NCBI GenBank assembly: GCA_045637985.1
Contig: JAZUAM010000020.1
Location: 184-64,183, forward strand
Source of the DNA: Alphaproteobacteria bacterium
GTDB lineage: Bacteria; Pseudomonadota; Alphaproteobacteria; RF32; CAG-239
Direction: 5' to 3'
DNA length: 64,000 nt
The notes below the pieces were generated by a model. That model did not search any database and was not told the DNA's origin. It saw nothing but the letters and a program-made list of their open reading frames with translations. How positions within the stretch are numbered: position 1 is the first letter of the stretch; every line of letters begins with the position of its first letter. The position numbers and the translations under genes are program-made. Positions 7,841 to 17,552 of the stretch are shown here, one piece after another.

Positions 7841-9160
7841 ATGGAATTGCTTATTGTCGGAACATTAAACGGTCAAATCGGAGCTGCAAGTAAGATTGCC
7901 ATATCCAAAGGTGGGCAGGTATCTTTGGCTGATAGCATTGAAAAAGCTCTTGATATTTTGCGTTCCGGAAAATCTGTCGAGCTTATTATGGTTGATGTAA
8001 CTCTCGATGTTTATAAGCTTATTTCATCATTGGAAAAAGAACGAATTAATGTATTGGTTGTTGCTTGCGGAGTAGCAAATGATACATCATTAGCGGTAAA
8101 AGCAATCAAAGCCGGAGCCAGAGAGTATATCCCTCTACCTCCTGATCCCGAGCTTATAGGTGCTGTTTTGGCCGCAGCCACAAGAGAAAATCATGCTCTG
8201 ATATATGGCGACAAAAAAACCGAAGCAATTTTAAAAATGGCCAAGCAAATAGCTCCTTCAGAAGCTAGTGTTTTGCTGACAGGTTCATCAGGTACCGGGA
8301 AAGAAATTTTTTCACGTTTTATTCACGACAATTCCAAGAGAGCAAATCAAAAATTTGTAGCTGTTAACTGCGCCGCAATTCCCGAAGCTTTATTAGAATC
8401 AGAACTTTTTGGTTATGAAAAAGGAGCATTTACAGGCGCCGTTGCTCGTCGTATAGGTAAATTTGAAGAAGCCTCTAACGGTACATTGCTTCTTGATGAA
8501 ATATCGGAAATGGACATCGGTTTACAAGCTAAGTTGCTGCGTGCAATACAAGAAAAAGAAATAGACAGGTTGGGCGGAAAATCTCCAATTAAGGTTGATA
8601 CACGTATTATTGCTACCTCAAATCGCAATTTGGAACAATGTGTAGCTGACGGGACATTTCGTCAAGATTTATACTACCGATTGAATGTTATCAATTTAAA
8701 TATTCCTGATCTCAAAGATAGAACAGGCGATATTATTGTTTTAGCCAAACATTTTATTAAAAAATATTCGGAATTAAATGGTCTTCCGATGAAAGATATA
8801 TCGGCCAAAGCCGAAGCAATGTTGTTAAATTATTTATGGCCGGGTAATGTTCGTGAACTTGAAAATACAATGCATAGAGCAGTTTTGTTGTCTACCGGAG
8901 ACGAGATTGACGAAAATGCAATTATTTTACAAACACCATCGGCTGTAAAAGAAAAAACAGAACCCAAAACTGAAGAAAGTCAAGTCGGACAAACAGTGGC
9001 ATCAGTTGAAAGAAAGTTGATTTTGGATACGTTGGAAAGTACTTCTTGGAATCGTTCTACCGCGGCGACAATTTTGGGGATATCAATACGCACTCTTCGC
9101 AATAAACTGAAACAATATCAAGAAGAAGGGTTTGAAATTCCTTCATCAAATCAAGGATAG
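7841..9160 (+). CDS. flbD: Sigma54-dependent flagellar transcriptional activator FlbD
   Basis: It has a receiver-like N-domain and an AAA+ sigma54-interaction domain (GSSGTGKE, ESELFGYEKGAFTGA). A C-terminal HTH (ILGISIRTLRNKLK) is present. From memory it is collinear with Caulobacter FlbD (VVACGV...AIKAGAREYIPLPPDPELIGAVLAA). Confidence 0.85.
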   Translation: MELLIVGTLNGQIGAASKIAISKGGQVSLADSIEKALDILRSGKSVELIMVDVTLDVYKLISSLEKERINVLVVACGVANDTSLAVKAIKAGAREYIPLPPDPELIGAVLAAATRENHALIYGDKKTEAILKMAKQIAPSEASVLLTGSSGTGKEIFSRFIHDNSKRANQKFVAVNCAAIPEALLESELFGYEKGAFTGAVARRIGKFEEASNGTLLLDEISEMDIGLQAKLLRAIQEKEIDRLGGKSPIKVDTRIIATSNRNLEQCVADGTFRQDLYYRLNVINLNIPDLKDRTGDIIVLAKHFIKKYSELNGLPMKDISAKAEAMLLNYLWPGNVRELENTMHRAVLLSTGDEIDENAIILQTPSAVKEKTEPKTEESQVGQTVASVERKLILDTLESTSWNRSTAATILGISIRTLRNKLKQYQEEGFEIPSSNQG

Positions 9161-9169
9161 TAAACAGTT

Positions 9170-11284
9170 ATGGCAAAAAATAAGACTACAAATGTTTTTG
9201 GTGCATCTTTCAGAGAAATGTTTTTGAATTCGGCAAAACGAGGTGATTTGCTGTTTGCCGTTGCCATTATTTTGATGTTGGTAATTTTGATTATGCCTAT
9301 GCCAACATGGCTGCTTGATGTTTCTTTGGCATTATCAATTACAATGTCTTGCGTTGTTTTAATGATGGCGATTTTTATCGATAAGCCTATAGAATTCAGT
9401 TCATTTCCTCTTGTTCTGTTAATTACGACAATTTATCGGTTAGCACTGAATCTCGCCTCAACACGTCTTATTTTATCTCGCGGGTACTTAGGTCCTGATG
9501 CAGCGGGTGAGGTAATCAAAGCTTTTGGCGGTTTCATAATGGGCAATAATTTCGTCATAGGTGTTATTGTATTTGCCATTTTAGTGTTAGTAAATTTTAT
9601 TGTTATTACCAAAGGTTCCGGACGTATTGCTGAAGTTGCCGCCCGTTTTGCTTTAGATGCAATGCCCGGAAAACAAATGGCAATTGATGCTGATTTATCA
9701 TCTGGGTTAATTAATGAAGAAGAAGCCAAAAAACGTCGCGAAGATTTATCCAAAGAAAGCTCTTTCTACGGAGCCATGGACGGTGCTTCTAAATTTGTTC
9801 GAGGCGATGCCATAGCCGGTCTTTTGATAACTTTTATTAATATCGTTGCCGGTATTATAATCGGTATGGTTCAAAATAATATGGGATTTTCCGCCGCCGG
9901 AGAAACATATACTCGTTTGACGGTTGGTGATGGTTTGGTAAGTCAAGTTCCTGCTCTTATTGTTTCTGTTGCCGCCGGTATTATGGTATCAAAAGCCGGT
10001 ATGACTGAATCTACGGATAAAGTATTATTTGAACAGTTGGCTAATTATCCTAAAGCTCTTGGTATGAGTTCAGGTTTAGCGATTGCTCTAGGATTGCTTC
10101 CGGGAACACCGGCTATTCCTTTTTTGGTATTGGCTATTTTGACCGGAAGCAGTGCATATTACCTTTCAAAACGTCAACAAGAAGAAATGGCGCATGCGCA
10201 AGCCGTAATGGAGCAAGAACAAAAACAAAGTGCTATCAGTAAAATGTCTGATGAACCGATAGCCAACGTTTTAAAAGTAGATTTGATTCGTTTGGAAATA
10301 GGTTATGGTTTACTTCCATTAATCAATGAAGAAAGTAATCGAAAGCTTACAGATCAAATTAAGGCTTTGCGTCGAGCATTGGCTGCAGAGTTAGGTTTTG
10401 TTATGCCGTCTATAAGAATACAAGACAATATGCAACTTGAAGCTAACGAATATAACATATACATAAAAGAAGTTAAATCCGGACGAGGAGAATTACGTCC
10501 GACACAACTTTTGGTTATGGATCCGCAAGGCAGTAAAATAAATCTTCCCGGCGAAGATACTACAGAACCTACTTTTGGTTTAAAGGCTATGTGGGTAGAT
10601 CCGTCATACAGAGAAGAAGCAATGTTTAGAGGATATACCGTCGTTGATCCTGCTACAGTAGTAACCACACATATAACAGAACTTGTAAAAGAAAATATGC
10701 CTGAGCTTATGTCTTATGCCGAAACACAAAAACTGCTTGATGAGTTAGATAAAGAACACCAGAAATTAGTTAAAGATTTAATTCCCAACAAAATTAGTCT
10801 TGCTGCCGTACAAAGGATTCTTAAGAATCTTCTTCAAGAACGCGTTTCTATTCGTGATTTGCCGACAATACTTGAAGGAATTTCAGAAGCTGTTACATCA
10901 ACTCATAGCTTGTTATTAATAACTGAACATGTCAGAAGCAGATTATCTCGTCAATTATCAAATGCATATGCCAACGAGTTTGGAATTATATCTCTGGTCC
11001 CGCTATCACCCGAATGGGAACAAAATTTTGCACAAGCAATAGTCGGAGAAGGTGATGAAAAACAATTGGCAATGGCTCCATCCACCTTGCAGGCATTTAT
11101 TACTAAGGTTCGTAATGTTTTGGAAGAACTCGCTCTGAAGGGTGAAACTCCCGTTTTGTTAACCAGTCCGAATATAAGACCTTTTGTTCGCTCAATTATT
11201 GAGAGATTCAGACCTTTGAGTGTTGTTATGTCGCAAAACGAAATTCATCCGAAAGCTAAAATAAAAACGGTAGGTCAAATATAA
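9170..11284 (+). CDS. flhA: Flagellar export apparatus protein FlhA
   Basis: It has a polytopic FHIPEP N-domain (FYGAMDGASKFVRGDA) and a large cytoplasmic C-domain, 704 aa in total. Confidence 0.95.
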   Translation: MAKNKTTNVFGASFREMFLNSAKRGDLLFAVAIILMLVILIMPMPTWLLDVSLALSITMSCVVLMMAIFIDKPIEFSSFPLVLLITTIYRLALNLASTRLILSRGYLGPDAAGEVIKAFGGFIMGNNFVIGVIVFAILVLVNFIVITKGSGRIAEVAARFALDAMPGKQMAIDADLSSGLINEEEAKKRREDLSKESSFYGAMDGASKFVRGDAIAGLLITFINIVAGIIIGMVQNNMGFSAAGETYTRLTVGDGLVSQVPALIVSVAAGIMVSKAGMTESTDKVLFEQLANYPKALGMSSGLAIALGLLPGTPAIPFLVLAILTGSSAYYLSKRQQEEMAHAQAVMEQEQKQSAISKMSDEPIANVLKVDLIRLEIGYGLLPLINEESNRKLTDQIKALRRALAAELGFVMPSIRIQDNMQLEANEYNIYIKEVKSGRGELRPTQLLVMDPQGSKINLPGEDTTEPTFGLKAMWVDPSYREEAMFRGYTVVDPATVVTTHITELVKENMPELMSYAETQKLLDELDKEHQKLVKDLIPNKISLAAVQRILKNLLQERVSIRDLPTILEGISEAVTSTHSLLLITEHVRSRLSRQLSNAYANEFGIISLVPLSPEWEQNFAQAIVGEGDEKQLAMAPSTLQAFITKVRNVLEELALKGETPVLLTSPNIRPFVRSIIERFRPLSVVMSQNEIHPKAKIKTVGQI

Positions 11285-11289
11285 AAAAC

Positions 11290-12099
11290 ATGGTTGAAGA
11301 GCTTTTAAATTCCGCTATTTTTGCCGAAGAAGCATCATCGCTTAAAGGAAAGAATATGTTGGCGTTGGTTTCCGGAAGACGAAATAGTGGAAAAACATGG
11401 CTATCGGTTAATTTGGCTCAAGCTCTGAGTTCGTTTAAACAAAAAGTTATATTGTTTGATGGTGATAGCGGAATAAATAATGCTAAAGCTCAATTGGGAG
11501 TAAATTATGTTAATGATTTGGATACCGTAATTTATGGAACAAATACCTTGAATCAAGCAATCCATTCTTATGATAAGGGCCGTTTTGATATAATTGCAAG
11601 TCGTTCGGGGTCGGTAGGTATTACAACAATGTCAATAGGTCGTTTGCAAATATTGGGAGACGATTTAAGTATTATTGCCCAAAATTATGATAAGATGATA
11701 TTGGATATAAGTCCGGGTATGTGCAAATCATCCAAGGTTTTGACGGGAATGTCCCAAAATGCTTTTATCGTTTGTACGGATGCTCCTCAATCTATAACGG
11801 ACAATTATGAACTTATAAAGCTTATACAATCTTGTTTTCCGAAAACAAATGTTCAAATTATAATAAATCAAGTCAACTCAATAGAAGAAGGCTTGCGTAC
11901 ATATAAAATGCTGGAAAAAGCATGTAATGATTTTTTGGGACTAAAACCTCCTCTGTTGGGTATAGTTCGTCAAGATACACGAGTTAGAGATTCTATAAGG
12001 AATCAAAGCACCATCATAAGTAGATATCCTCAATCAGAGGCAAGCATAGATATCATGTCATTGGCTCAAAGGATTATAAAAAATGAACAATTTAATTAA
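11290..12099 (+). CDS. MinD/ParA-family flagellar regulator (FlhG/FleN/MotR-like)
   Basis: The fold is MinD/ParA-like and the gene sits immediately after flhA. The P-loop reads SGRRNSGKT. GxxxxGKT is therefore kept, but the usual deviant Walker A KGGxxGKT signature has R in place of K and no GG. Confidence 0.6.
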   Translation: MVEELLNSAIFAEEASSLKGKNMLALVSGRRNSGKTWLSVNLAQALSSFKQKVILFDGDSGINNAKAQLGVNYVNDLDTVIYGTNTLNQAIHSYDKGRFDIIASRSGSVGITTMSIGRLQILGDDLSIIAQNYDKMILDISPGMCKSSKVLTGMSQNAFIVCTDAPQSITDNYELIKLIQSCFPKTNVQIIINQVNSIEEGLRTYKMLEKACNDFLGLKPPLLGIVRQDTRVRDSIRNQSTIISRYPQSEASIDIMSLAQRIIKNEQFN

Positions 12100-13576
12100 T
12101 CTGATTAGTTCAGGATTTTTTACAAAGATTACAGAAACACCAAGCTTACAATTATCGGAAATTCCGGTCGAATTGCAAAACATCTTAAAACCGGGACAAC
12201 TTGCAATTCTTAATATTCTTTCTGAAGCTGGAAAGACACTTATGGGAAATTTGGAGATAGACGGACAATTTTTTGATGTTTCCATAAAAAATAATTTTTC
12301 CCTTAAAATACCGGAAGGAGAGACAATAACACTTAATGTAAAAGTCGGGTCGGCAGGAAAGCTATTACCATACGTGCCTCAAAAAACATCGTTTGAAACA
12401 ACCGGATATGGTCCTACAACCATTTTTGAAAATAAAAGTATTGTTCCGGATATTGAAATATCCCCGCTGAAACCGACCGATTTTATAACTCAAATAATAA
12501 AAGATTACCCGAGTTTAGAGGGTATAAAACAACAGATAGCTGATATAATAGGGAGCATAAAGCTTGATTTAAACCAAATTGGAAATATTAACAATACAGA
12601 TAATTCTTTATTACAACCGTTAAAAAACGTTTTATTTAAAATAGCTCAAAATCCTCAAGAGTTTTCAAGTTTTAAAGCAGAATTAAATTCAGTATTAAAT
12701 AATTTGACTGGTAAGCAAATTGAAGGCGAGATACTTACGAATGATAACAATCAAACGATTGTTAAAACAATATTAGGCGAGGCATATCTTGTTTCAAAGG
12801 CAAAAATTCCGACATCAGAAAAAATATTACTTGATATAACAGGAAGAATAAATAATGAAGAGCATATAAAATTGTTACAAGATTTAGTAAAAATAATATC
12901 TTCGGACAATAAAGAAGCATTAAAACAAGAAAATGTATTAAAAGCAAAAGGAATTGAACCGCTGAAAGAATTATTGCCAAAGATAGAAACTTCGTTACTT
13001 CAACAAATTATAAACACTCTTCCTGTAAAAAATGATAATATCGTTGAGAGTATTTATAATTTTTATAAAGCCGTAACCGATAAAGATATAACAAGAATAT
13101 TTTCTTCAACAGCTTATAAAGATATTGTCAGCGATAAAAACCTAAACTCTAATGAATTGGCTGAAGTTAATAATTTCCTGGCAAAGTCTGTAAGAGAAAC
13201 AATATCTTGGCGAGTTGTTGAAATGCCACTATTTGATGGTACTCGATTTTTCCCGTTAAAAATAGCCATAAAAAAAGATAATGAAAAAGAAAAAAATGAT
13301 AATACAAAAAAAGGAACAAGATTTTTAGTAGAAACAGAATTTTCAAAGCTTGGAAGCTTTCAGTTTGATGGATTTTCTTCCGTAGAGCGTCGAAGTTTAG
13401 ACTTAATTATTCGTACATCAAAACATCTTGATGATGATTTTTGTTCTTGTATTATCAATTTATTTAAGAAATCACTTTATGATGTACATTATTCCGGCAC
13501 CATAAAGATTAATTGCCAACAAAACTTTATAAAGATTCCGGATAAAGAAATTACCAATAAAGGGGTTTATATCTGA
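12083..13576 (+). CDS. Hypothetical protein, translationally coupled to flhG (497 aa)
   Basis: The ATG at 12083 lies 17 nt inside the end of flhG, with AAGGA upstream. The product is Asn/Lys/Ile-rich with no TM segment or recognisable motif. Its stop overlaps the next start (TGATG). Confidence 0.6.
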   Translation: MNNLINLISSGFFTKITETPSLQLSEIPVELQNILKPGQLAILNILSEAGKTLMGNLEIDGQFFDVSIKNNFSLKIPEGETITLNVKVGSAGKLLPYVPQKTSFETTGYGPTTIFENKSIVPDIEISPLKPTDFITQIIKDYPSLEGIKQQIADIIGSIKLDLNQIGNINNTDNSLLQPLKNVLFKIAQNPQEFSSFKAELNSVLNNLTGKQIEGEILTNDNNQTIVKTILGEAYLVSKAKIPTSEKILLDITGRINNEEHIKLLQDLVKIISSDNKEALKQENVLKAKGIEPLKELLPKIETSLLQQIINTLPVKNDNIVESIYNFYKAVTDKDITRIFSSTAYKDIVSDKNLNSNELAEVNNFLAKSVRETISWRVVEMPLFDGTRFFPLKIAIKKDNEKEKNDNTKKGTRFLVETEFSKLGSFQFDGFSSVERRSLDLIIRTSKHLDDDFCSCIINLFKKSLYDVHYSGTIKINCQQNFIKIPDKEITNKGVYI

Positions 13577-14715
13577 TGAAAGATGCACTGGGATATTACC
13601 ATATATTACAAGTTGAAAAAAACGCAGACAACGAAACCGTTAAACAGTCATATCGTGAACTGGCAAAAATATGGCATCCTGACAACAATCGAGACAAAGA
13701 TACAACAGATATGTTTCAAAAAATATCCGTCGCTTACGAGATATTAGGTAGTACAGAAAACAGACTGACATATGATATATTATCATTAGTTTACTCTGAA
13801 CACGATTATCCTGATTTGGAATGTATTACACCATATGAAGAAGACCACGAAGGGGTGAAAATAGCAGTTGTTAAGCTAAATGAAGTAAAATCATGGCTCG
13901 TTGGGTACCGACACGAATGTAAGAAAAGCATCTTAACGCTTTCAAACGCTCTAAAGTCTTCTGTTAAAATATCTTTGATAAATTGGATATTAGGTTGGTG
14001 GCATCCCAAAGCATTTTTTCTCAATTTAAAAGCCATAAAAAACAATTTCAGAGAACCCGTATCTGAAACCGAGAGCTTAAAAGTATGGATACACAATATG
14101 ATAGCATATCATAAATCAGGACAAAATCTGCTTTCGGCACGATGTGGTTTTCAAGCCATAAATTATTTAAATGACGATGATAAAAAATATATTGATAAAT
14201 TTATTTCACAGCTAAATGTAAGGGTATCTCGTCCTCAAAAAATTAATATTTTACCCTTTAAAGTATCACAATTTATATTTCCGTTAAGTTTGATAGCCAT
14301 ATTATTTATCATAAATATCAGTAAATATACGCTACCAAACAATAATGAATTTTGGTCAATATTTTCCAATAAAAAAGAAATTGATTATTACCAAAAGGTG
14401 GACTTTGGCAGTAGAGGCGAAAGTGTTGACGATGTTGTGGTAGGCAAAGTACTGAGCATTCCTGTAGACAAGTCCGATAATTCAAAACTATATCACTTAA
14501 ATAAAGAAACAAAAGTGATGTATGGACCATCATCAGATTTTGATATTGTAAAAACATTAGCAGAAGGAACGACGGTTCGTCTGACCGGATATACTCCGGA
14601 CAATATTTGGGGACGAGTACTTATTGATAATGGCGAAAGCGGATTTGTTAAGCTTTCTGATATAGAGCAAGGAAAGGGGAATGATATTCCTTTCGGTAGT
14701 GCAATTATAGAGTAA
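13576..14715 (+). CDS. J-domain membrane protein with C-terminal SH3b-like domain
   Basis: The N-terminal J domain carries the HPD motif (YYHILQV...YRELAKIWHPDNN...AYEILG). One clear TM segment (FIFPLSLIAILFIINI) is present. The C-terminus looks SH3b-like (VMYGPSSDFDIVKTLAEGTTVRLTGYTPDNIWGRVLIDNGESGFV). Confidence 0.7.
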   Translation: MKDALGYYHILQVEKNADNETVKQSYRELAKIWHPDNNRDKDTTDMFQKISVAYEILGSTENRLTYDILSLVYSEHDYPDLECITPYEEDHEGVKIAVVKLNEVKSWLVGYRHECKKSILTLSNALKSSVKISLINWILGWWHPKAFFLNLKAIKNNFREPVSETESLKVWIHNMIAYHKSGQNLLSARCGFQAINYLNDDDKKYIDKFISQLNVRVSRPQKINILPFKVSQFIFPLSLIAILFIINISKYTLPNNNEFWSIFSNKKEIDYYQKVDFGSRGESVDDVVVGKVLSIPVDKSDNSKLYHLNKETKVMYGPSSDFDIVKTLAEGTTVRLTGYTPDNIWGRVLIDNGESGFVKLSDIEQGKGNDIPFGSAIIE

Positions 14716-15493
14716 TTTTTATTGTTTCGATTTTGATTGCAAGTCCTGTGGCATCATCAATTTCTACAAACGTACCGCAAACAGTTCCTTTTCCCGTAGC
14801 CGGTTCCAGTCTGTGAGGTGAAAATTTATCTTTTAGTCTTTCTATGGGAGCTTTCGGATCAAATCCTATTACACTATTATAATCTCCGCACATCCCCGCA
14901 TCTGTTTGATACGCTGTTCCGTTAGGTAAAATACATGCATCGGCGGTGGGAACATGAGTATGCGATCCGATAATCGCCGAAACTCTGCCGTCAAAATACC
15001 TTGCAAACGATTGTTTTTCAGCGGTTGCTTCGGCATGAATATCAACAAAAATAGCATCAACATTTTTTGTCAGAGTATAGTTATGCAACAAGTTATCTAA
15101 AGCTTGCAAAGGGCAATCGACAGCCTCCATAAAAACACGCCCGACAACTTCTGCAACCAATATTTTTTTTCCGTTATCCATAGGAATGATTCTTGCCCCG
15201 ACACCCGCCAGATTTGATGAATGGTTAAGAGGTCTTACAATACGATTATTGCTGTCTAAAAATGTTATTATATCTTTCTGATTCCAAACATGATCACCGG
15301 TAACAATTGCCGATACACCTGCATCTAACAATTGGTTACATATCTTTGGCGTACAACCAAATCCGTGAGCCGCATTATCAACATTAGCAATCAATGCATT
15401 AAAATGATAATTTTCTTTCAATATCGGAATTGCATTTTTTACAGCCTCACGACCTGATTTTGCAACAATATCACCCAAATATATTATTTTCAC
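14705..15493 (-). CDS. ymdB: YmdB-family metallophosphoesterase (2',3'-cyclic-nucleotide phosphodiesterase-like)
   Basis: It contains KIIYLGDIVAKSGREAV...NVDNAAHGFG...GDHVWNQKD...GSHTHVPTAD. The track start is a TTG at 15514. I prefer the GTG at 15493 (MKIIYLGD), which has AGGTGG 6 nt upstream. Confidence 0.8.
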   Translation of the reverse strand: MKIIYLGDIVAKSGREAVKNAIPILKENYHFNALIANVDNAAHGFGCTPKICNQLLDAGVSAIVTGDHVWNQKDIITFLDSNNRIVRPLNHSSNLAGVGARIIPMDNGKKILVAEVVGRVFMEAVDCPLQALDNLLHNYTLTKNVDAIFVDIHAEATAEKQSFARYFDGRVSAIIGSHTHVPTADACILPNGTAYQTDAGMCGDYNSVIGFDPKAPIERLKDKFSPHRLEPATGKGTVCGTFVEIDDATGLAIKIETIKITL

Positions 15494-15511
15494 GTTTACC
15501 ACCTGTTCATT

Positions 15512-15542
15512 CAATAAAACCCCGTTGGATTCAACGGGGTTT
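15512..15542 (-). terminator. Rho-independent terminator (minus strand) ending the zapA-downstream transcript
   Basis: The hairpin aaaccccgttg-aatc-caacggggttt has an 11-bp perfect stem. On the minus strand it is followed by TTTTATT. Confidence 0.7.
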
Positions 15543-15559
15543 ATAATTCATATCCATAA

Positions 15560-15725
15560 AATAATCAGAAACCGTTTAGCCGTATACTACATTCTTGAAA
15601 CGAACCGCGGGTCAATAAGTGGGTGCCATATAAATAAACCTCGATTTATCCAGCGACAGCTCCCTAATAAGTAATGTTGGCTCGGAAGACCTGCTAAACT
15701 ACGCACTACGCAGTCTCCAATTCAA
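15560..15725 (-). ncRNA. ssrS: Candidate 6S RNA (ssrS)
   Basis: A 225-bp non-coding gap lies directly downstream of zapA on the same strand, which is the conserved ssrS position. Distal segments can pair (GGAGACUG from 15711-15718 with CGGUUUCU from 15567-15574; GUUUAGC with GCUAAAC). A terminator follows. The fold was done by eye only and is not clean. Confidence 0.45.
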
Positions 15726-15739
15726 TTTATGATTAAATG

Positions 15740-16084
15740 CTATAACATATTTATCTCTTTTGCAAGAGTTTTTATCTTTTCATCCAAAATTTTTATTGAG
15801 TTAGCTAATTCATCATCGATTCGTTTAAGATTATCTATGTTGTTTATATTGTCCTGATTATTTTGAATATTGTTTGGATTTTTCTTTAATTCACTCAATT
15901 CATCAGCCAACAACAAACCAACCATTGCCAATAACATACTTTCACTTATTTGATTAGTGCCGTTTGTTAAAAGTTTTGCTTTTTCATCCAACAATCTTGA
16001 TAGTTGTAGGATTCGCAACTCTTGTCCGTCTTCGCAAGCAATAGCATATTCACGTGAATTTATACTGATTGTAACCTGAGCCAT
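15740..16084 (-). CDS. zapA: Cell division protein ZapA
   Basis: The N-terminus MAQVTISINSREYAIACEDGQE is typical of ZapA and is followed by a coiled coil. Total length is 114 aa. Confidence 0.75.
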   Translation of the reverse strand: MAQVTISINSREYAIACEDGQELRILQLSRLLDEKAKLLTNGTNQISESMLLAMVGLLLADELSELKKNPNNIQNNQDNINNIDNLKRIDDELANSIKILDEKIKTLAKEINML

Positions 16085-16086
16085 TT

Positions 16087-16344
16087 TTATAATACCTCAT
16101 CAATATAACTGTTTATATTTTCAATTTTATCCAAAGCAATTTGAGTAATATTCTTCAGCTCAGTAATTTTTTGCTCTTTTTCAGCCAAAACAGTTTCATT
16201 TTTTTCTTTTTCGGCAACTAATCGAGAATTTCTTATCTTTATTGACGATTCCAACTCAATTAAACTGGTTGACAATTGTCCGAGAGCATCACGCGTTTTG
16301 GCAAAATCAAAAATTTTGTCTTCCATTGTTGTTTTTTCTTCCAC
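16087..16344 (-). CDS. Small coiled-coil protein upstream of zapA (ZauP/DUF4164-like)
   Basis: This 85-aa all-coiled-coil protein ends 2 nt before zapA. Its position matches the alphaproteobacterial ZapA-upstream protein. The call is positional. Confidence 0.4.
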   Translation of the reverse strand: MEEKTTMEDKIFDFAKTRDALGQLSTSLIELESSIKIRNSRLVAEKEKNETVLAEKEQKITELKNITQIALDKIENINSYIDEVL

Positions 16345-16417
16345 TTTTTAAAAATTTACCATATTATTGAAGCAATAATAATCATCTGTTTAACTTTTAC
16401 AAGAGATAATACGAATT

Positions 16418-16924
16418 ATGCCACAGATAATACTTTTTGTTGAAAATAACGAAGACAATATTTATCAATGTGACAACATAAGTTGCTACATTTTGTCTGA
16501 TACGATATCAAATGCCAAATTTAACCAAGCTGTTGCAACCGGAAAAATGGTTTTAAGTTATGGTGATAACGCGCTGGAAAAATGCAAAGAATTACGTTTG
16601 GACGGGGTAGTAAAGAAGATAGATGTTTCAAAGCCTGTAAAAATACAGTTAAAAAATTTAAGAGAAAATCTAAAACATAAAACGCTTGGTGTTATAATTC
16701 CCGCACGTCGCCACGAAGCAATGTTGGCAGGTGAGGTTGAACCTGAGTTTATGGCATTCAGCTCTAACGAAAAAGGGACAGATTGTGAAATAATAGATTG
16801 GTATAACGAGTTGTTTTTGATTCCGCTTGCGTGGATTGGTGCAAATAACATTACGGAAATTCCGAAAGCTGATGTTGATTTTGTAATTGTTAATTCAAAA
16901 AATTTTGAAAATTTTGGTTGCTAA
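16418..16924 (+). CDS. Hypothetical protein, possibly ThiE/TenI-fold
   Basis: The evidence is loose pattern similarity only (LDGV..., LGVIIPARRHEAMLAGEVEPEFMAFS, IPLAWIGANN). Confidence 0.3.
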   Translation: MPQIILFVENNEDNIYQCDNISCYILSDTISNAKFNQAVATGKMVLSYGDNALEKCKELRLDGVVKKIDVSKPVKIQLKNLRENLKHKTLGVIIPARRHEAMLAGEVEPEFMAFSSNEKGTDCEIIDWYNELFLIPLAWIGANNITEIPKADVDFVIVNSKNFENFGC

Positions 16925-16988
16925 AAAAATAAGTTTATATTAGTTTGCTAGATAAAATGGTATTAAGTATTTTAACGGGAGTAAATAA

Positions 16989-17552
16989 ATGAAACAACAA
17001 GCTGGTTCAATTCGTATCGGTTGGGTTATTGAATACAAAGGAAAACCTTGGACAGTTATCAAAACAAATTTTGTAAAACCCGGTAAGGGTGGTGCATTTA
17101 TGCAAGTTGAAATGAAGGCCGTAGAAGAAGGTACAAAAACAAATGAACGTTTCCGTACGGAAGATATGGTCGAAAAATTGATGGTTGAAACAAAAGACTG
17201 TCAGTTCTTATATGAAGATGCCACCGGCCTTACTTTCATGGAAAGCGACACATATGAACAATTTGCAATGCCTTCGGATATATTGGGTGATTCTCGTCCG
17301 TTCCTTACAGATGGCATGGAAGTTAAAGTAAGTGTGATTGATGGTAAGCCTATTTCTGTAGAATTACCTCTCCAAGTTGTATGTGAAGTGGTCGAAACAG
17401 AACCTGTTATTAAAGGGCAAACAGTTTCTTCTTCATATAAACCGGCGATTTTAGATAATGGTGTTAGAACAACTGTTCCGCCATTTGTGGGTGTAGGTGA
17501 TAAAATCGTTGTTGCAACAGCAGATGCATCTTATGTAGAAAGAGCCAAATAA
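16989..17552 (+). CDS. efp: Elongation factor P
   Basis: It contains IRIGWVIEYKGKPWTVIKTNFVKPGKGGAFMQVEMK and is 187 aa long. Confidence 0.95.
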   Translation: MKQQAGSIRIGWVIEYKGKPWTVIKTNFVKPGKGGAFMQVEMKAVEEGTKTNERFRTEDMVEKLMVETKDCQFLYEDATGLTFMESDTYEQFAMPSDILGDSRPFLTDGMEVKVSVIDGKPISVELPLQVVCEVVETEPVIKGQTVSSSYKPAILDNGVRTTVPPFVGVGDKIVVATADASYVERAK

